A DNA stretch of 63,469 nt, filler included, from Acidimicrobiia bacterium (GTDB lineage Bacteria > Actinomycetota > Acidimicrobiia > Spongiisociales > SHLN01), in NCBI GenBank assembly GCA_041619515.1. It is 6 parts of 4 records of this genome, joined end to end, with 100 filler letters (N's around TTAATTAATTAA, not from the genome) between each part and the next. Parts side by side here need not be neighbours in the genome. Positions count along the whole stretch, not along the records: positions 37,713 to 56,406 come from JBFKDW010000003.1; positions 56,507 to 58,828 come from JBFKDW010000005.1; 4 more parts are not named here. The stretch is one strand, 5' to 3'. Each line of letters opens with the position of its first letter. The stretch's first letter is position 1. The notes below the pieces were generated by a model. That model did not search any database. It was given only the letters and a program-made list of their open reading frames with translations, and was not told the DNA's origin. Position numbers and translations under genes: made by a program. Positions 48,174-57,636 of this stretch are shown piece after piece.

Positions 48174-48893
48174 TCACCGGCGCGATGTTGCCAGGAGCTC
48201 CACCCGGCCCGACCCTCCTTCGACGACTTCCTCGAGGATGACACCGATGCCGGGCGCGAAGTACTTGTTCTCGAATACACCCGGCTCCAGGAGGTTCCAC
48301 TCCCTGATCACCACTACGTCGGTGTAGGCGATGCCTCCTACCTCCACCGAAGCGTCGGTCTGGATGATCTCGCCCACGTCCTCGGCCTCATCAACGTAGA
48401 ACTCCTGGCGATAGGGCACTCCGACATGCGCCGCGGGATCGGCGTACATGATGATCCCGGGCAGGGCCCCATCCACGCCCGTCTCCCACGAACCGGCGGT
48501 GCTCACAACCTCACCGTCTTCATATTCCTTCGAATCTTCACCCAGGTACCACACGTTGCCCTTCGAGTCCTGGGCGTACCAGTCGAACGTGTCTTCGATC
48601 AACTCGCCGTCGAGGGTCACCGTGTCCCGCACCACGACTGCCGTGATGCCGTCGACGGTGCGTGTGTCGTCGGTCACGGCTACCTCGATACGTTCCACCT
48701 CATTGTCCTCGACCCCCTCGTAGGACCAGGTGGACCCGGGCGTGAACGGGAAGTAGGGGTTGTCGATCCCCTCCACGAACGTGGCCGATTCGTAGTCGGC
48801 GAGAACCGGGGCAACCGTTGATTCGGAGGTGCCGTCACCGCCACAGCCGGCCAGGGCCAGGACAACAGCCAGCAGGAATGCACATTCTTTCAC
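48174..48893 (-). CDS. Acidic lipoprotein of unknown function
   Basis: Lipobox LAGC; IDNPYFP, DWYAQD, KYFAPGIG; start GTG 48893 or 48911. Confidence 0.8.
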   Translation of the reverse strand: MKECAFLLAVVLALAGCGGDGTSESTVAPVLADYESATFVEGIDNPYFPFTPGSTWSYEGVEDNEVERIEVAVTDDTRTVDGITAVVVRDTVTLDGELIEDTFDWYAQDSKGNVWYLGEDSKEYEDGEVVSTAGSWETGVDGALPGIIMYADPAAHVGVPYRQEFYVDEAEDVGEIIQTDASVEVGGIAYTDVVVIREWNLLEPGVFENKYFAPGIGVILEEVVEGGSGRVELLATSRR

Positions 48894-48914
48894 CAGCTCA
48901 TCCCTCCTCACCTC

Positions 48915-49997
48915 TCAGCCGGACGGGCCGGCGACGTCGCGACGTTGAAACAGCCGGAAGGCAAGCACGAGGATGCCGACCAGGAAGGCAAGCTGGACCA
49001 GGAAGGCATGGACATCACCGGGGTAGTCGGTGGTCCCGATGGCGCCCGCCAGCGCGAAGCCCGGGATGGGCTCCCCGCCACGGCCAAACAACCACGCCGC
49101 CGTGTTCCAGCCAAGGTCGTACTCGGCCACAGAGCCAAACCAGCGAAAGGCCGCCACACCGTCGAACAGCTTGATGAGACGGCCGACGGAGAACAGCTCG
49201 AAGAAGAAATAGCCGATCGAGAGGCCGGTGGCGGCGAGGGTGCCGCCCGCCCATCGGCTGAACAGGATGCTGAGCAGCGCCGCCAGCCCAATGTAGGGAA
49301 CCCCGGCAAACCAGGCGCGACCCACGTCCCGGGCGATGAGCGCATAGGCGTCTCCGTCGAGCGTGCCGTGGCCGACGCCGGATGCCAGCGCGGTTGTCAC
49401 CAGCGATGAGACGACGATGGCCAGCAGAACCACGACCCAGGCGGCGGCCATCGCCAGTGCCACCAACGCCAGCTTCACGGAGAGGAAGCGCCGCCGTCCC
49501 GGCCCCTTCATGAGAACGGTTCGCAGCGTTCCCCACCCGTACTCGCTTCCCACCACCAGAACGGTCACAAACGCCAGGATCGGAATGCTGATGAGCCCCG
49601 TCCACCGAAGCGCTTTCTCCACCGACCCCGGCATCGTGAAGCCGTCGATCAGCTTGGCGAGACGGGTTCGGATCTCGCCCAGCTCCTGGCGGCACTTGCG
49701 GTCGGTCCCCGGGTAGTCGATGTCGTCGAGCGTGTAGGGCGAGGGCACTTCGGCGATCGGGACGCCGGCCAGGAACTCGGTGCAGTTGAGCTCGACCTCG
49801 AAGTTGTCGATCACCGGGGCCGACGGGAGGAAGATGACCTCATCGACGACGTCTCTGTCCTTCTGGAATTGATAGTCGGCGTAGCGAATGATCACCATGA
49901 GAGCCGAGAACACCGTCAACACGCCGAGCAGGATCCAGATGATGCGACGTCCCCGGAGCTTGAACCACTCCCACCGGAAGAGATTCGGCCAGCTCAC
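48915..49997 (-). CDS. ABC-2 type exporter permease
   Basis: EWFKL, EYGWGTLR, FQRRD; multiple TMs. Confidence 0.88.
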   Translation of the reverse strand: MSWPNLFRWEWFKLRGRRIIWILLGVLTVFSALMVIIRYADYQFQKDRDVVDEVIFLPSAPVIDNFEVELNCTEFLAGVPIAEVPSPYTLDDIDYPGTDRKCRQELGEIRTRLAKLIDGFTMPGSVEKALRWTGLISIPILAFVTVLVVGSEYGWGTLRTVLMKGPGRRRFLSVKLALVALAMAAAWVVVLLAIVVSSLVTTALASGVGHGTLDGDAYALIARDVGRAWFAGVPYIGLAALLSILFSRWAGGTLAATGLSIGYFFFELFSVGRLIKLFDGVAAFRWFGSVAEYDLGWNTAAWLFGRGGEPIPGFALAGAIGTTDYPGDVHAFLVQLAFLVGILVLAFRLFQRRDVAGPSG

Positions 49998-50905
49998 GAG
50001 GCCGGCTCTTCTGTGACCTCGAGGAAGTACTGCTCGAGGGAAGTGGTTACAGTCCGCAGCTCGGTGAGGTAGATGGAGGCCCGCGCCAGCGCTTCGCTCA
50101 CATCGGCGGCCCGGTCCACCGGCGCATCCACCAGCAGCGCCCCGGCCGCGTCGACCACCGAGCCGACCCAGTCGAGGTCGTCGAGGATTCGGGCGGCCCC
50201 GGCGTCATCGGTCGTGGCCAGTCGCAGCCGATCCCGGCGGCCGATCAGCTCGCCGACCGCGCCTTCGGCAATCACCCTGCCATGGCTGAGGATGGCGACG
50301 TGGTCACAGACCTGTTCCACCTCGTTGAGGAGGTGGCTTGCCAGCACGATGGTGCGCTCGCCGTCACCCAGGTCACGGATCAACTGGCGGACTTCGGCCA
50401 TTCCACTCGGGTCGAGACCGTTGGTCGGTTCGTCGAGCAGCAAGAGCTCGGGATCGCCGAGGAGCGCGTAGGCGATTCCCAGCCGGTGTTTCATGCCCAG
50501 TGAGTAGGTGTTGAAGCGGGCGTCGGCCCGGTCGGCCAAGCCGACGACGCCGAGCAGCTGCTCGATCTCGCCCGGATCGTCGCCGCCGGCGATGCCCTGG
50601 AAGTACCGCAGGTTGTCGCGCCCCGACAGAAAGGGGTAGAAGGCGGGAGTCTCCATGATGGCCCCGATACGGCGAACCGCATCGTCGGTCGAGCCGTTGA
50701 TCTCGGTGCCAAACAGCCGGATGGTGCCCGACGTCGGTCGGATCAGGCCGAGCAAGGTGCCGATGATGGTGGTCTTGCCGGCCCCGTTCGGCCCCAGCAG
50801 CCCGAACACGGTGCCCTGCGGGACCACCAGGGACAGGTCTGCCACCGCCTGCACGTCTCCGTAGTGCTTCGTCAAGCCGGTCGTCTCGACCACATTGCCC
50901 GCCAT
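49994..50905 (-). CDS. ABC exporter ATP-binding protein
   Basis: GPNGAGKT, YSLGM, LLDEPTNGLDP, SHLL. Confidence 0.93.
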   Translation of the reverse strand: MAGNVVETTGLTKHYGDVQAVADLSLVVPQGTVFGLLGPNGAGKTTIIGTLLGLIRPTSGTIRLFGTEINGSTDDAVRRIGAIMETPAFYPFLSGRDNLRYFQGIAGGDDPGEIEQLLGVVGLADRADARFNTYSLGMKHRLGIAYALLGDPELLLLDEPTNGLDPSGMAEVRQLIRDLGDGERTIVLASHLLNEVEQVCDHVAILSHGRVIAEGAVGELIGRRDRLRLATTDDAGAARILDDLDWVGSVVDAAGALLVDAPVDRAADVSEALARASIYLTELRTVTTSLEQYFLEVTEEPAS

Positions 50906-50952
50906 GAGCGCCTCTCCCTGGCGTTACCTGCATCTAGTCTCCGACTTGGAAG

Positions 50953-50969
50953 CTGAAAACGAGCTGAAG
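50953..50969 (-). promoter_or_regulatory. Second OmpR-family direct-repeat box, upstream of ABC-TCS operon
   Basis: Minus strand CTTCAG-ctcgt-TTTCAG; same spacer as the 46004-46020 box. Confidence 0.55.
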
Positions 50970-51016
50970 ATCGGCGATGCCCGGCTTCCCGGTGCCAGGT
51001 GTGCGAGACTCGGTGC

Positions 51017-52594
51017 GTGAATCGCCGGGGGCTTTCGCTCGACCGCTGCCTCATGGGAACGGCGCTCGTCCTGCTGCTGGCCGGTTGCAGCGGCGGTGAC
51101 ACCGACACCGTTCCGCTGGGGACGCCGCTGTCGACGCTCACCACCTCCGGCGCAACGACATCAACCCTCCCTGCCACAACCACCACAGGTGACGGGCGAG
51201 CCGGTCCCGACACCGAGTCGCTGGCAGCGGCGGCGGTCCAGATCATCCAGCTCGACTCCACGAGCGGCGGCCTCGAACCCGGGTGCTTCTCCGGCTCGGG
51301 CAGCCTCATCAGCCCCGACGGCCTGATCCTGACCAACGCCCACGTCCTGGAAGTGGACGAGAGCTGCCCTTACGACACCATCGGGGTGTCCTTGCTGGCC
51401 CGCTCCGACCAGCCGCCCGAGCTGCTCTACCTGGCGGATCTGCTCGTCATCGACCCGTTCCTCGACCTGGCGGTAGTCCGGATCGCAGCCGACCTCAACG
51501 GTGCCCCGGTGGCCGCCAGCTTCCCATATCTGGAGCTGGGAGATTCGGGGGCCGTCAACCTGGGAGATCAGCTGCTGGTGCTCGGCTACCCGGGCATCGG
51601 CGGTGACACCATCACCCTCACGCGGGGGGCCGTGAGCGGCTTCACCGAGGAACGCGACATCGAGGGCCGCGCCTGGATCAAGACCGATGCCACCATCTCG
51701 GGAGGCAACAGCGGCGGTTCGGCGGTGAACTCCGACGGGGAACTCGTCGGGGTTCCGACGATCGCAGGGTCGGGGGCCAACGTCGACCCGACCGATTGCC
51801 GTGTGATCCAGGATACGAACGGGGATGGGTTCCTCGACGACCGTGACACGTGCATCCCCATCGGCGGGTTCATCAACGGGCTGCGGCCGGTCAACCTGGC
51901 GCTGCCACTCATCGAGGATGCCCGCACGGCTGCACCGATTCCCATCCAGCCCCCTGCCACCCCGACAACCATCGGGCCGGTGTCGGAGGCATCGTTCGGA
52001 CCGATCACATTCTCGACGGGGGTGACCGAAGACGATGAGCCGATCGACGAGGTGACGTTCATTCCGGGGGGCACCGCCTCCCGACTTTGCGGGTTCTGGG
52101 ATTACGAGGGAATGGCCGACGGGCTCAGCTTCGATGTGCTGTGGTATGTGAACCAGGAGTTCATCGAAAACGCCAGCTTCATCGCCTCCGAATGGTTTGG
52201 CGGCGCGTCGGGAAACTGGTGGGCCTGCTACATCGCCCAGGATGGACTCCTCGACGACGGCACGTACGAGCTGCTGCTGAACGTGGAAGGTGAGAAGGTC
52301 TCGGGCGAGGCCATCATCGTTGGCGGCACCCATCCGAGCCAGGAACTCGAGATCGTCAACGATGGGTTGGAAACCATCTGCTTCGTGCTCATCTCCCTCT
52401 CCGATGCGCAGGATTGGGGCCCCGATGAACTGGGTGAGACGGAGGTCATCGAACCCGGTGCCTCCCGAACCTTCGAGGTGCCCGGGGCGTTCTACGACAT
52501 CCAGGGGTTCGACTGCAGCCGGGGCGTCATCTTCGAGGAGTTCCTCCTGGACATCAACCAGCCGCTGGTGTATTCGGTTGGCGGGGGCGGTTAG
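51017..52594 (+). CDS. Trypsin-like serine protease lipoprotein with C-terminal beta-rich domains
   Basis: Lipobox LAGC, TNAHV, DLAV, GNSGG; no PDZ recognised. Confidence 0.88.
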   Translation: MNRRGLSLDRCLMGTALVLLLAGCSGGDTDTVPLGTPLSTLTTSGATTSTLPATTTTGDGRAGPDTESLAAAAVQIIQLDSTSGGLEPGCFSGSGSLISPDGLILTNAHVLEVDESCPYDTIGVSLLARSDQPPELLYLADLLVIDPFLDLAVVRIAADLNGAPVAASFPYLELGDSGAVNLGDQLLVLGYPGIGGDTITLTRGAVSGFTEERDIEGRAWIKTDATISGGNSGGSAVNSDGELVGVPTIAGSGANVDPTDCRVIQDTNGDGFLDDRDTCIPIGGFINGLRPVNLALPLIEDARTAAPIPIQPPATPTTIGPVSEASFGPITFSTGVTEDDEPIDEVTFIPGGTASRLCGFWDYEGMADGLSFDVLWYVNQEFIENASFIASEWFGGASGNWWACYIAQDGLLDDGTYELLLNVEGEKVSGEAIIVGGTHPSQELEIVNDGLETICFVLISLSDAQDWGPDELGETEVIEPGASRTFEVPGAFYDIQGFDCSRGVIFEEFLLDINQPLVYSVGGGG

Positions 52595-52825
52595 CTCGCG
52601 TACGGCTCGCTTGGCGGCCTGCGGGGCTCCGACCGCGGTGGACGGCAGCGGGTTCATGACGTTGAGAACAGCCGGGTCCCGACCGCAGACCCTCGCTCGG
52701 TGGTGATTCACCCGGTCGAGATGCTCGACAACAGGATCGCCTGTGCAGAGTTCGGCGGGTAGGTCGCTGCTCGCCCCCCATCATCACAGTGTGAAGGTTG
52801 AAGCGCCCCGCCGTCGTCGGCCTGC

Positions 52826-53233
52826 TCAGCGGTTCTCGCGCCGGTGGACCACTCGCAGCCCCGACCAGGTTTGGTCGATGGCGGCCACCTTGACGTCGAC
52901 CAGCCCGAGTGGCAGCACGAGCTCCCGAACGAGGTCCTCGGTCATGTCGGTCGGTACCTTCGACGCTCGCTTGGGCCAGCACACCCAGAGGCCCCCGTCG
53001 GGAAAGATCAGGCGTGCCAGCGAATCGATACGCTGCTCCAGCCGACGACGCTGCTTCGTGAAAAACAGCGCCGTGTCCGCCCTCCCTCGTGCCGTCGTGC
53101 GTATCTCCACCCCTGCGGGGAGCGGGGCGATCAGCTCCGCCATATTCCCCGGGTCGTCGAGGATGGCGAGCACCGAGTGGGGCTTGACTCCAAGCTTCTG
53201 CGGAAGGGGGGTCCCGGAATAGCCGGCGGTCAT
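52826..53233 (-). CDS. DUF3052-like protein
   Basis: MTAGYSGTPLPQKLG, WVCWPK, GLVDVKV, WSGL. Confidence 0.85.
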   Translation of the reverse strand: MTAGYSGTPLPQKLGVKPHSVLAILDDPGNMAELIAPLPAGVEIRTTARGRADTALFFTKQRRRLEQRIDSLARLIFPDGGLWVCWPKRASKVPTDMTEDLVRELVLPLGLVDVKVAAIDQTWSGLRVVHRRENR

Positions 53234-54468
53234 GGCCCGCGCTCGATCCGGATCTCCCGCACCCGCCTCCGATTGGCCACGGTCACCGTGATCAGGTGGC
53301 CGTCCACCTGGATGGTCTCGCCGGGGCGCGGAATGGCACCGGCCAGTCCGAGGACGAGGCCGCCCACCGTGTTCCAATCGCCCTCGGGGAGATCGATCCC
53401 GAGTGCAGTTCCCAGATCGGCTACCGGCACCCGGGCATCGACCCGCCACCGGCCCTCACCGAGTTTCTCGATCGGTTCCTTGCGCTCCTCGCCTTCGTTG
53501 GCGACCTCGCCCACCAGCTCTTCGACGACATCTTCGATGGTGACGACACCGGCGGTTCCACCGTGCTCATCGACCGCCACCGCAAAGTGCCGGCCGGAGC
53601 GCTGCATTTCTCGCAGCAGCTCGAGCACCCGCTTGGTCTCTGGGACCACCAGCAGCTCATCGACGAACGTTCCAACCGGCTCGTTGAGCCCTGCTGACAG
53701 GTGGCGGGCGAGTTCGCGCAGCCGGACGACACCCGTCATGTCGTCCGGGTTGCCGTCATGGACGGGTATCCGGCGATGGCCCGACTCGATGGCGATTTCG
53801 ATAGCCTCGCGGGCGGTGGTATCAGACGACACCGAGACGACGTCGATGCGCGGAACCATGATCTCGGCCACCCGTTGATCGCCCACCCGAAAGGCGCGCT
53901 CCATCAGCTCCAGGTCGCTCTGAGCGATCTCACCGGTCTGAGCCGCCTGAGCCGCCAGCAGCCGCAACTCCTCCTCCGTCACCCCGGCAGTCCCGGCAAT
54001 CCCCTGGCCGGGAGCCTGCAGGTCGGCAAGCCAGACGAGAAGCGAAACCACCGGATGCAGCGCCGCTCTGAGAACGGCAACGACCGGAGTGACCGCGGCG
54101 GCCACCCGTTCTGGATGCCGTACGGCGTAGGTCTTGGGGATGGCCTCTGCGTACACAAACATCACCAGTGTGAGAAGAATCGACGCGACGGTGATCCCCA
54201 CGCTTCCGAACAAGCGCTCCGCCAACAGCCCGGTAACTGTGGCTGCACCGATTTGGACGAGCAGCACCGTCAGCAGCACCGTGTTCATGACTCGAGGGAG
54301 GTCCGTCAGCAGACGCAACAGCCTGCGTGCGCCGCCATCGCCCGCTTCGGCGCGAACCTCCACCGCCGTGCGGCGCACCCGCAGCAGTCCCGCCTCGGCA
54401 GCACCGAGAAAAATCGCCGTGACCAGCAGAGCAGCGAGCAGCAGGGCTAGCGGGAGGTTCTCGGCCAC
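53230..54468 (-). CDS. Hemolysin/CNNM family protein (DUF21-CBS-CorC)
   Basis: AAEAG, EAIPK, IMVPR, VDEHGGTAG, EDVVEELVGE. Confidence 0.92.
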   Translation of the reverse strand: MAENLPLALLLAALLVTAIFLGAAEAGLLRVRRTAVEVRAEAGDGGARRLLRLLTDLPRVMNTVLLTVLLVQIGAATVTGLLAERLFGSVGITVASILLTLVMFVYAEAIPKTYAVRHPERVAAAVTPVVAVLRAALHPVVSLLVWLADLQAPGQGIAGTAGVTEEELRLLAAQAAQTGEIAQSDLELMERAFRVGDQRVAEIMVPRIDVVSVSSDTTAREAIEIAIESGHRRIPVHDGNPDDMTGVVRLRELARHLSAGLNEPVGTFVDELLVVPETKRVLELLREMQRSGRHFAVAVDEHGGTAGVVTIEDVVEELVGEVANEGEERKEPIEKLGEGRWRVDARVPVADLGTALGIDLPEGDWNTVGGLVLGLAGAIPRPGETIQVDGHLITVTVANRRRVREIRIERGP

Positions 54469-54471
54469 GAC

Positions 54472-54825
54472 TCAGCCACTCGTTCGGGATTGCGGTGGGA
54501 ACGGGTCCTCCCACAGGTTGAACGTGACACCGAACGGGTCCCGGATGTAGCAGTCGCGCCCCTTCCCCAGCCAGCGCACAACGGTGCACCCATTGGCGAC
54601 CAGCTCATCGCGAGCGGCTTCGAGATCGTCGACGAACAGCTCGAGCACCGGGCCGGTGATCTCCGGGTCGTCGATGACAAACAGGGTGAGGGGGTCGGCC
54701 TCGAGGTCGGCCACATCGTCGGCGTGTGCCCGAATGGGGAATCCCAGGACCCGGGAGTAGAACTCGACCGCCGCACCCGCATCGCCGGTGCGAACGGCCA
54801 CGTTGGGGCTCATCCGATAATCCAC
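54472..54825 (-). CDS. VOC family protein
   Basis: AVEFYSRVLG, VDDLEAA, RDPFG. Confidence 0.85.
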   Translation of the reverse strand: MDYRMSPNVAVRTGDAGAAVEFYSRVLGFPIRAHADDVADLEADPLTLFVIDDPEITGPVLELFVDDLEAARDELVANGCTVVRWLGKGRDCYIRDPFGVTFNLWEDPFPPQSRTSG

Positions 54826-54843
54826 GTCCTCCCTCCTGACGGG

Positions 54844-55446
54844 CTACCTGAAACTGGCATCCAGGATCGACCTGAGCCTTCGCTCTCCTTCACCCTGCAC
54901 GAACCACCACCACCCGACGAGGAGCGCTGCCAGGGTGCTCGAGAACAGAGCGCTGAGGTAGGCCACCGTCCACGCATCGCCGGCTCGATCCAAGAAGTCG
55001 AGCCCCAGGATCAGCCCGAAGAGGTAGGTGAGGGCTCCAAGAGCCGTGAAGAAGAGCGTGACGAATCCAAAGTAGGAGAAGCCAGACCCGAATGCCGCGG
55101 TCACGACCTTGGTGTCGTCGAGCGGAAACAGATAGCGACGCTCCAGTTCGGCTGCAACCAGCACCGGATCTTCGAGGCGGCCGTTGATGTAGCCCTCCAA
55201 CCTGGCCGCGTATTGCCTGGCGAAGATGAGATAGGAGGCATCGAAGGCGGTCTGGACTGCGCCGTAGAGGGCAACGACCGGGATGAGGACGAAGGCCCCC
55301 TCGACCTGCCAGAAGCCGACCGCGAACAAAGCAACTGTCAGCACGACCTGCAGCCGGATGTCTGAGAAGAACCTCTCGTGGTAGTAGCGGGTCATGCCGC
55401 GCATCCGACCAAGCTGCTCGGAGGCGATCTTCAAGGTCGGGTCCAT
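54844..55446 (-). CDS. Hypothetical integral membrane protein (~4 TM)
   Basis: Hydrophobic helices; leaderless TACCCT 7 nt before ATG 55446. Confidence 0.75.
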   Translation of the reverse strand: MDPTLKIASEQLGRMRGMTRYYHERFFSDIRLQVVLTVALFAVGFWQVEGAFVLIPVVALYGAVQTAFDASYLIFARQYAARLEGYINGRLEDPVLVAAELERRYLFPLDDTKVVTAAFGSGFSYFGFVTLFFTALGALTYLFGLILGLDFLDRAGDAWTVAYLSALFSSTLAALLVGWWWFVQGEGERRLRSILDASFR

Positions 55447-55482
55447 GCGGTGGAGGGTAATCAGTCCAGATAGCCTTGGTGC

Positions 55483-56277
55483 ATGGCCCGGCCGCGCAAC
55501 GAGGTGTACACCCATTCACACCAGCCGATAGTGCTGGAGGCTCACGCCGGCCGGACGGCCGAAGAAGCAGCTTCCTTTCTGCTCACCCACCTCACCCCGG
55601 GCATGCGACTGCTGGACATTGGATGCGGGCCCGGATCCATCACCATCGGGCTGGCGCGATACGTCGCACCTGCGGCCACCGTGGGAATCGACCGCTCGGT
55701 GGACGCCCTCACCGCCGCCAGGACCGCTGCCGCCGACCAGCGGGTCGGCAACGTCTCCTTCGAGCGTGCCGACGTGTACGAGCTTCCTTTCGAGGACGCG
55801 TCGTTCGATGTCGTGTACGGCCATCAGATCCTGCAGCATCTCGCAGAACCCACTGCGGCCCTCGCCGAGGCACACCGGGTGCTCAAACCCGGCGGATATC
55901 TGGCGGTACGCGACGCCGACTACGGAACCATGACCCACCATCCCCACGACCCGGCCCTGGACCGGTGGCTGGCGCGCTACCACGAGATCGCCCGAAAGAA
56001 CGGCGGGGAGCCCGATGCCGGACGCCGGCTCATGGAATGGGTGCGGGCATCCGGGTTCGTCCATGCCCATCCCACAGCCTCCAGCTGGCTATTCGCCACT
56101 CCCGACGAGCGGGCCGAATGGGCCGAGCTCTGGGCAGGTCGCCGGCTGGAGGGAACGACCGATTCCTTCTACGGCGAGGACCATTCGTCCATAGTCGATG
56201 CCTTCGAACGCTGGGCGGGCCACCCGGACGGTTGGTTCGCATTCATCCACGGCGAGGTGCTCGCCCGCAAGCCCTGA
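55483..56277 (+). CDS. Class I SAM-dependent methyltransferase
   Basis: LLDIGCGPG, LPFEDASFDVV, RVLKPGG. Confidence 0.92.
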   Translation: MARPRNEVYTHSHQPIVLEAHAGRTAEEAASFLLTHLTPGMRLLDIGCGPGSITIGLARYVAPAATVGIDRSVDALTAARTAAADQRVGNVSFERADVYELPFEDASFDVVYGHQILQHLAEPTAALAEAHRVLKPGGYLAVRDADYGTMTHHPHDPALDRWLARYHEIARKNGGEPDAGRRLMEWVRASGFVHAHPTASSWLFATPDERAEWAELWAGRRLEGTTDSFYGEDHSSIVDAFERWAGHPDGWFAFIHGEVLARKP

Positions 56278-56294
56278 CTCCGGGTTCTGGGGGG

Positions 56295-56406
56295 CGCCCC
56301 CTCCGGCCCTGCGGGCCACCTCCCCCTCCGGGGGAGGAGAATGGTGGTTCTCTCCCCCCGCAGCGGGGAGTCCGGCGCAGCCGGGAGGGGCGTCTTCTCT
56401 CCCCCC
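56295..56406. repeat. Cluster of C/G-rich palindromic (REP-like) repeats at contig end
   Basis: Unit 56295-56341 (CCCCCTCCGGCCCTGCGGGCCACCTCCCCCTCCGGGGGAGGAGAA), diverged inverted unit 56348-56392, third unit truncated. Confidence 0.8.
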
Positions 56407-56506
56407 NNNNNNNNNNNNNNNNNNNNNNNNNNNNNNNNNNNNNNNNNNNNTTAATTAATTAANNNNNNNNNNNNNNNNNNNNNNNNNNNNNNNNNNNNNN
56501 NNNNNN
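56407..56506. other. Artificial contig linker
   Basis: N-run with TTAATTAATTAA. Confidence 0.97.
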
Positions 56507-57614
56507 CATCCCCGAGCAACCCGACCTCAACTGGCGCAACCCCGACGTGGTCGCCGCCATGCACTCGGTCTTCCGGTTCTGGCTCGACCGGGGCGTGGAC
56601 GGGTTCCGCATCGACGTGGCGCAACGCATCATGAAAGACCCGGAGCTGCGCGACAACCCCCCCGCCCCCTCTGCCCGGGACCGGGTCTTCAAGTCGATGG
56701 GGGAGTACGACACCCAGCTCCATATTCATGACAAGGGGCACCCCGACATCCATGGCGTCTATCGGGACCTTCGCTCGCTGGTGGAGACCTATACACCACC
56801 GCGAGTGCTGATCGGCGAGATCCACCTCTTCGACTGGGAGGAGTGGTCTGCCTATTACGGACGAGCCCTCGACGAGCTGCACATGCCGTTCAACTTCACC
56901 CTCGTGTATGTGCCGTGGCGGGCCTCGGAGGTGCGGGCCCGAGTCGACGGCCTGGAGGCGGCTCTTCCCGACGGGGCATGGCCGAACTACGTCCTCGGTA
57001 ACCACGACGAGCCGCGGCTGGCGAGTCGCTTCGGCGCAGCCCACAGCGGCGTGGCCGCCATGCTGCTGCTCACCCTGCGGGGAACCCCCACGCTGTACTA
57101 CGGGGACGAGCTCGGCATGCAACAGGTGGCGATCCCCCCGGAGGATCAGCAGGATCCCTGGGCCATCCACGAGCCGGGCCTTGGCCGGGACGGATGCCGG
57201 ACCCCGATGCAGTGGGATGCTTCACCGATGGCGGGCTTCTCTCGAGCGCACCGATCATGGCTGCCGCTCACACCCGACCACGCAACGGTCAACGTCGCCG
57301 CCCAGCGGAGCGATCCCACCTCGCTGCTCAATCTCTACCGGCGGCTGCTGGCGCTGAGGCGCGGCATGCCGTCAATCCGATACGGCTCGTACGCGCCGAT
57401 CGATGCCACCACGGAAGAGATATTCGCATACCAGCGGTCGGCGGGCGCTGAGAGCGTGCTCGTCGTTCTCAATTTCAGCGACCATCCGGTGCGGTTCGTT
57501 CACGAGCAGGTAGCAGGATCCGAGCCCTTGCTCTCAACCCGGCTGCGCCGGGCCGACGTGCAGGGCGTCGTCCTTTCGTTGGAGGCTGCCGAGGGGGTCA
57601 TCCTCAGGGTGTAG
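56507..57614 (+). CDS. GH13 alpha-glucosidase/oligo-1,6-glucosidase, 5'-truncated
   Basis: QPDLNW, GVDGFRIDV, IGEI, LGNHD, YYGDELG, RDGCRTPMQW. Confidence 0.92.
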
Positions 57615-57636
57615 TTCCCGATCGTGCCCGGCCGGG

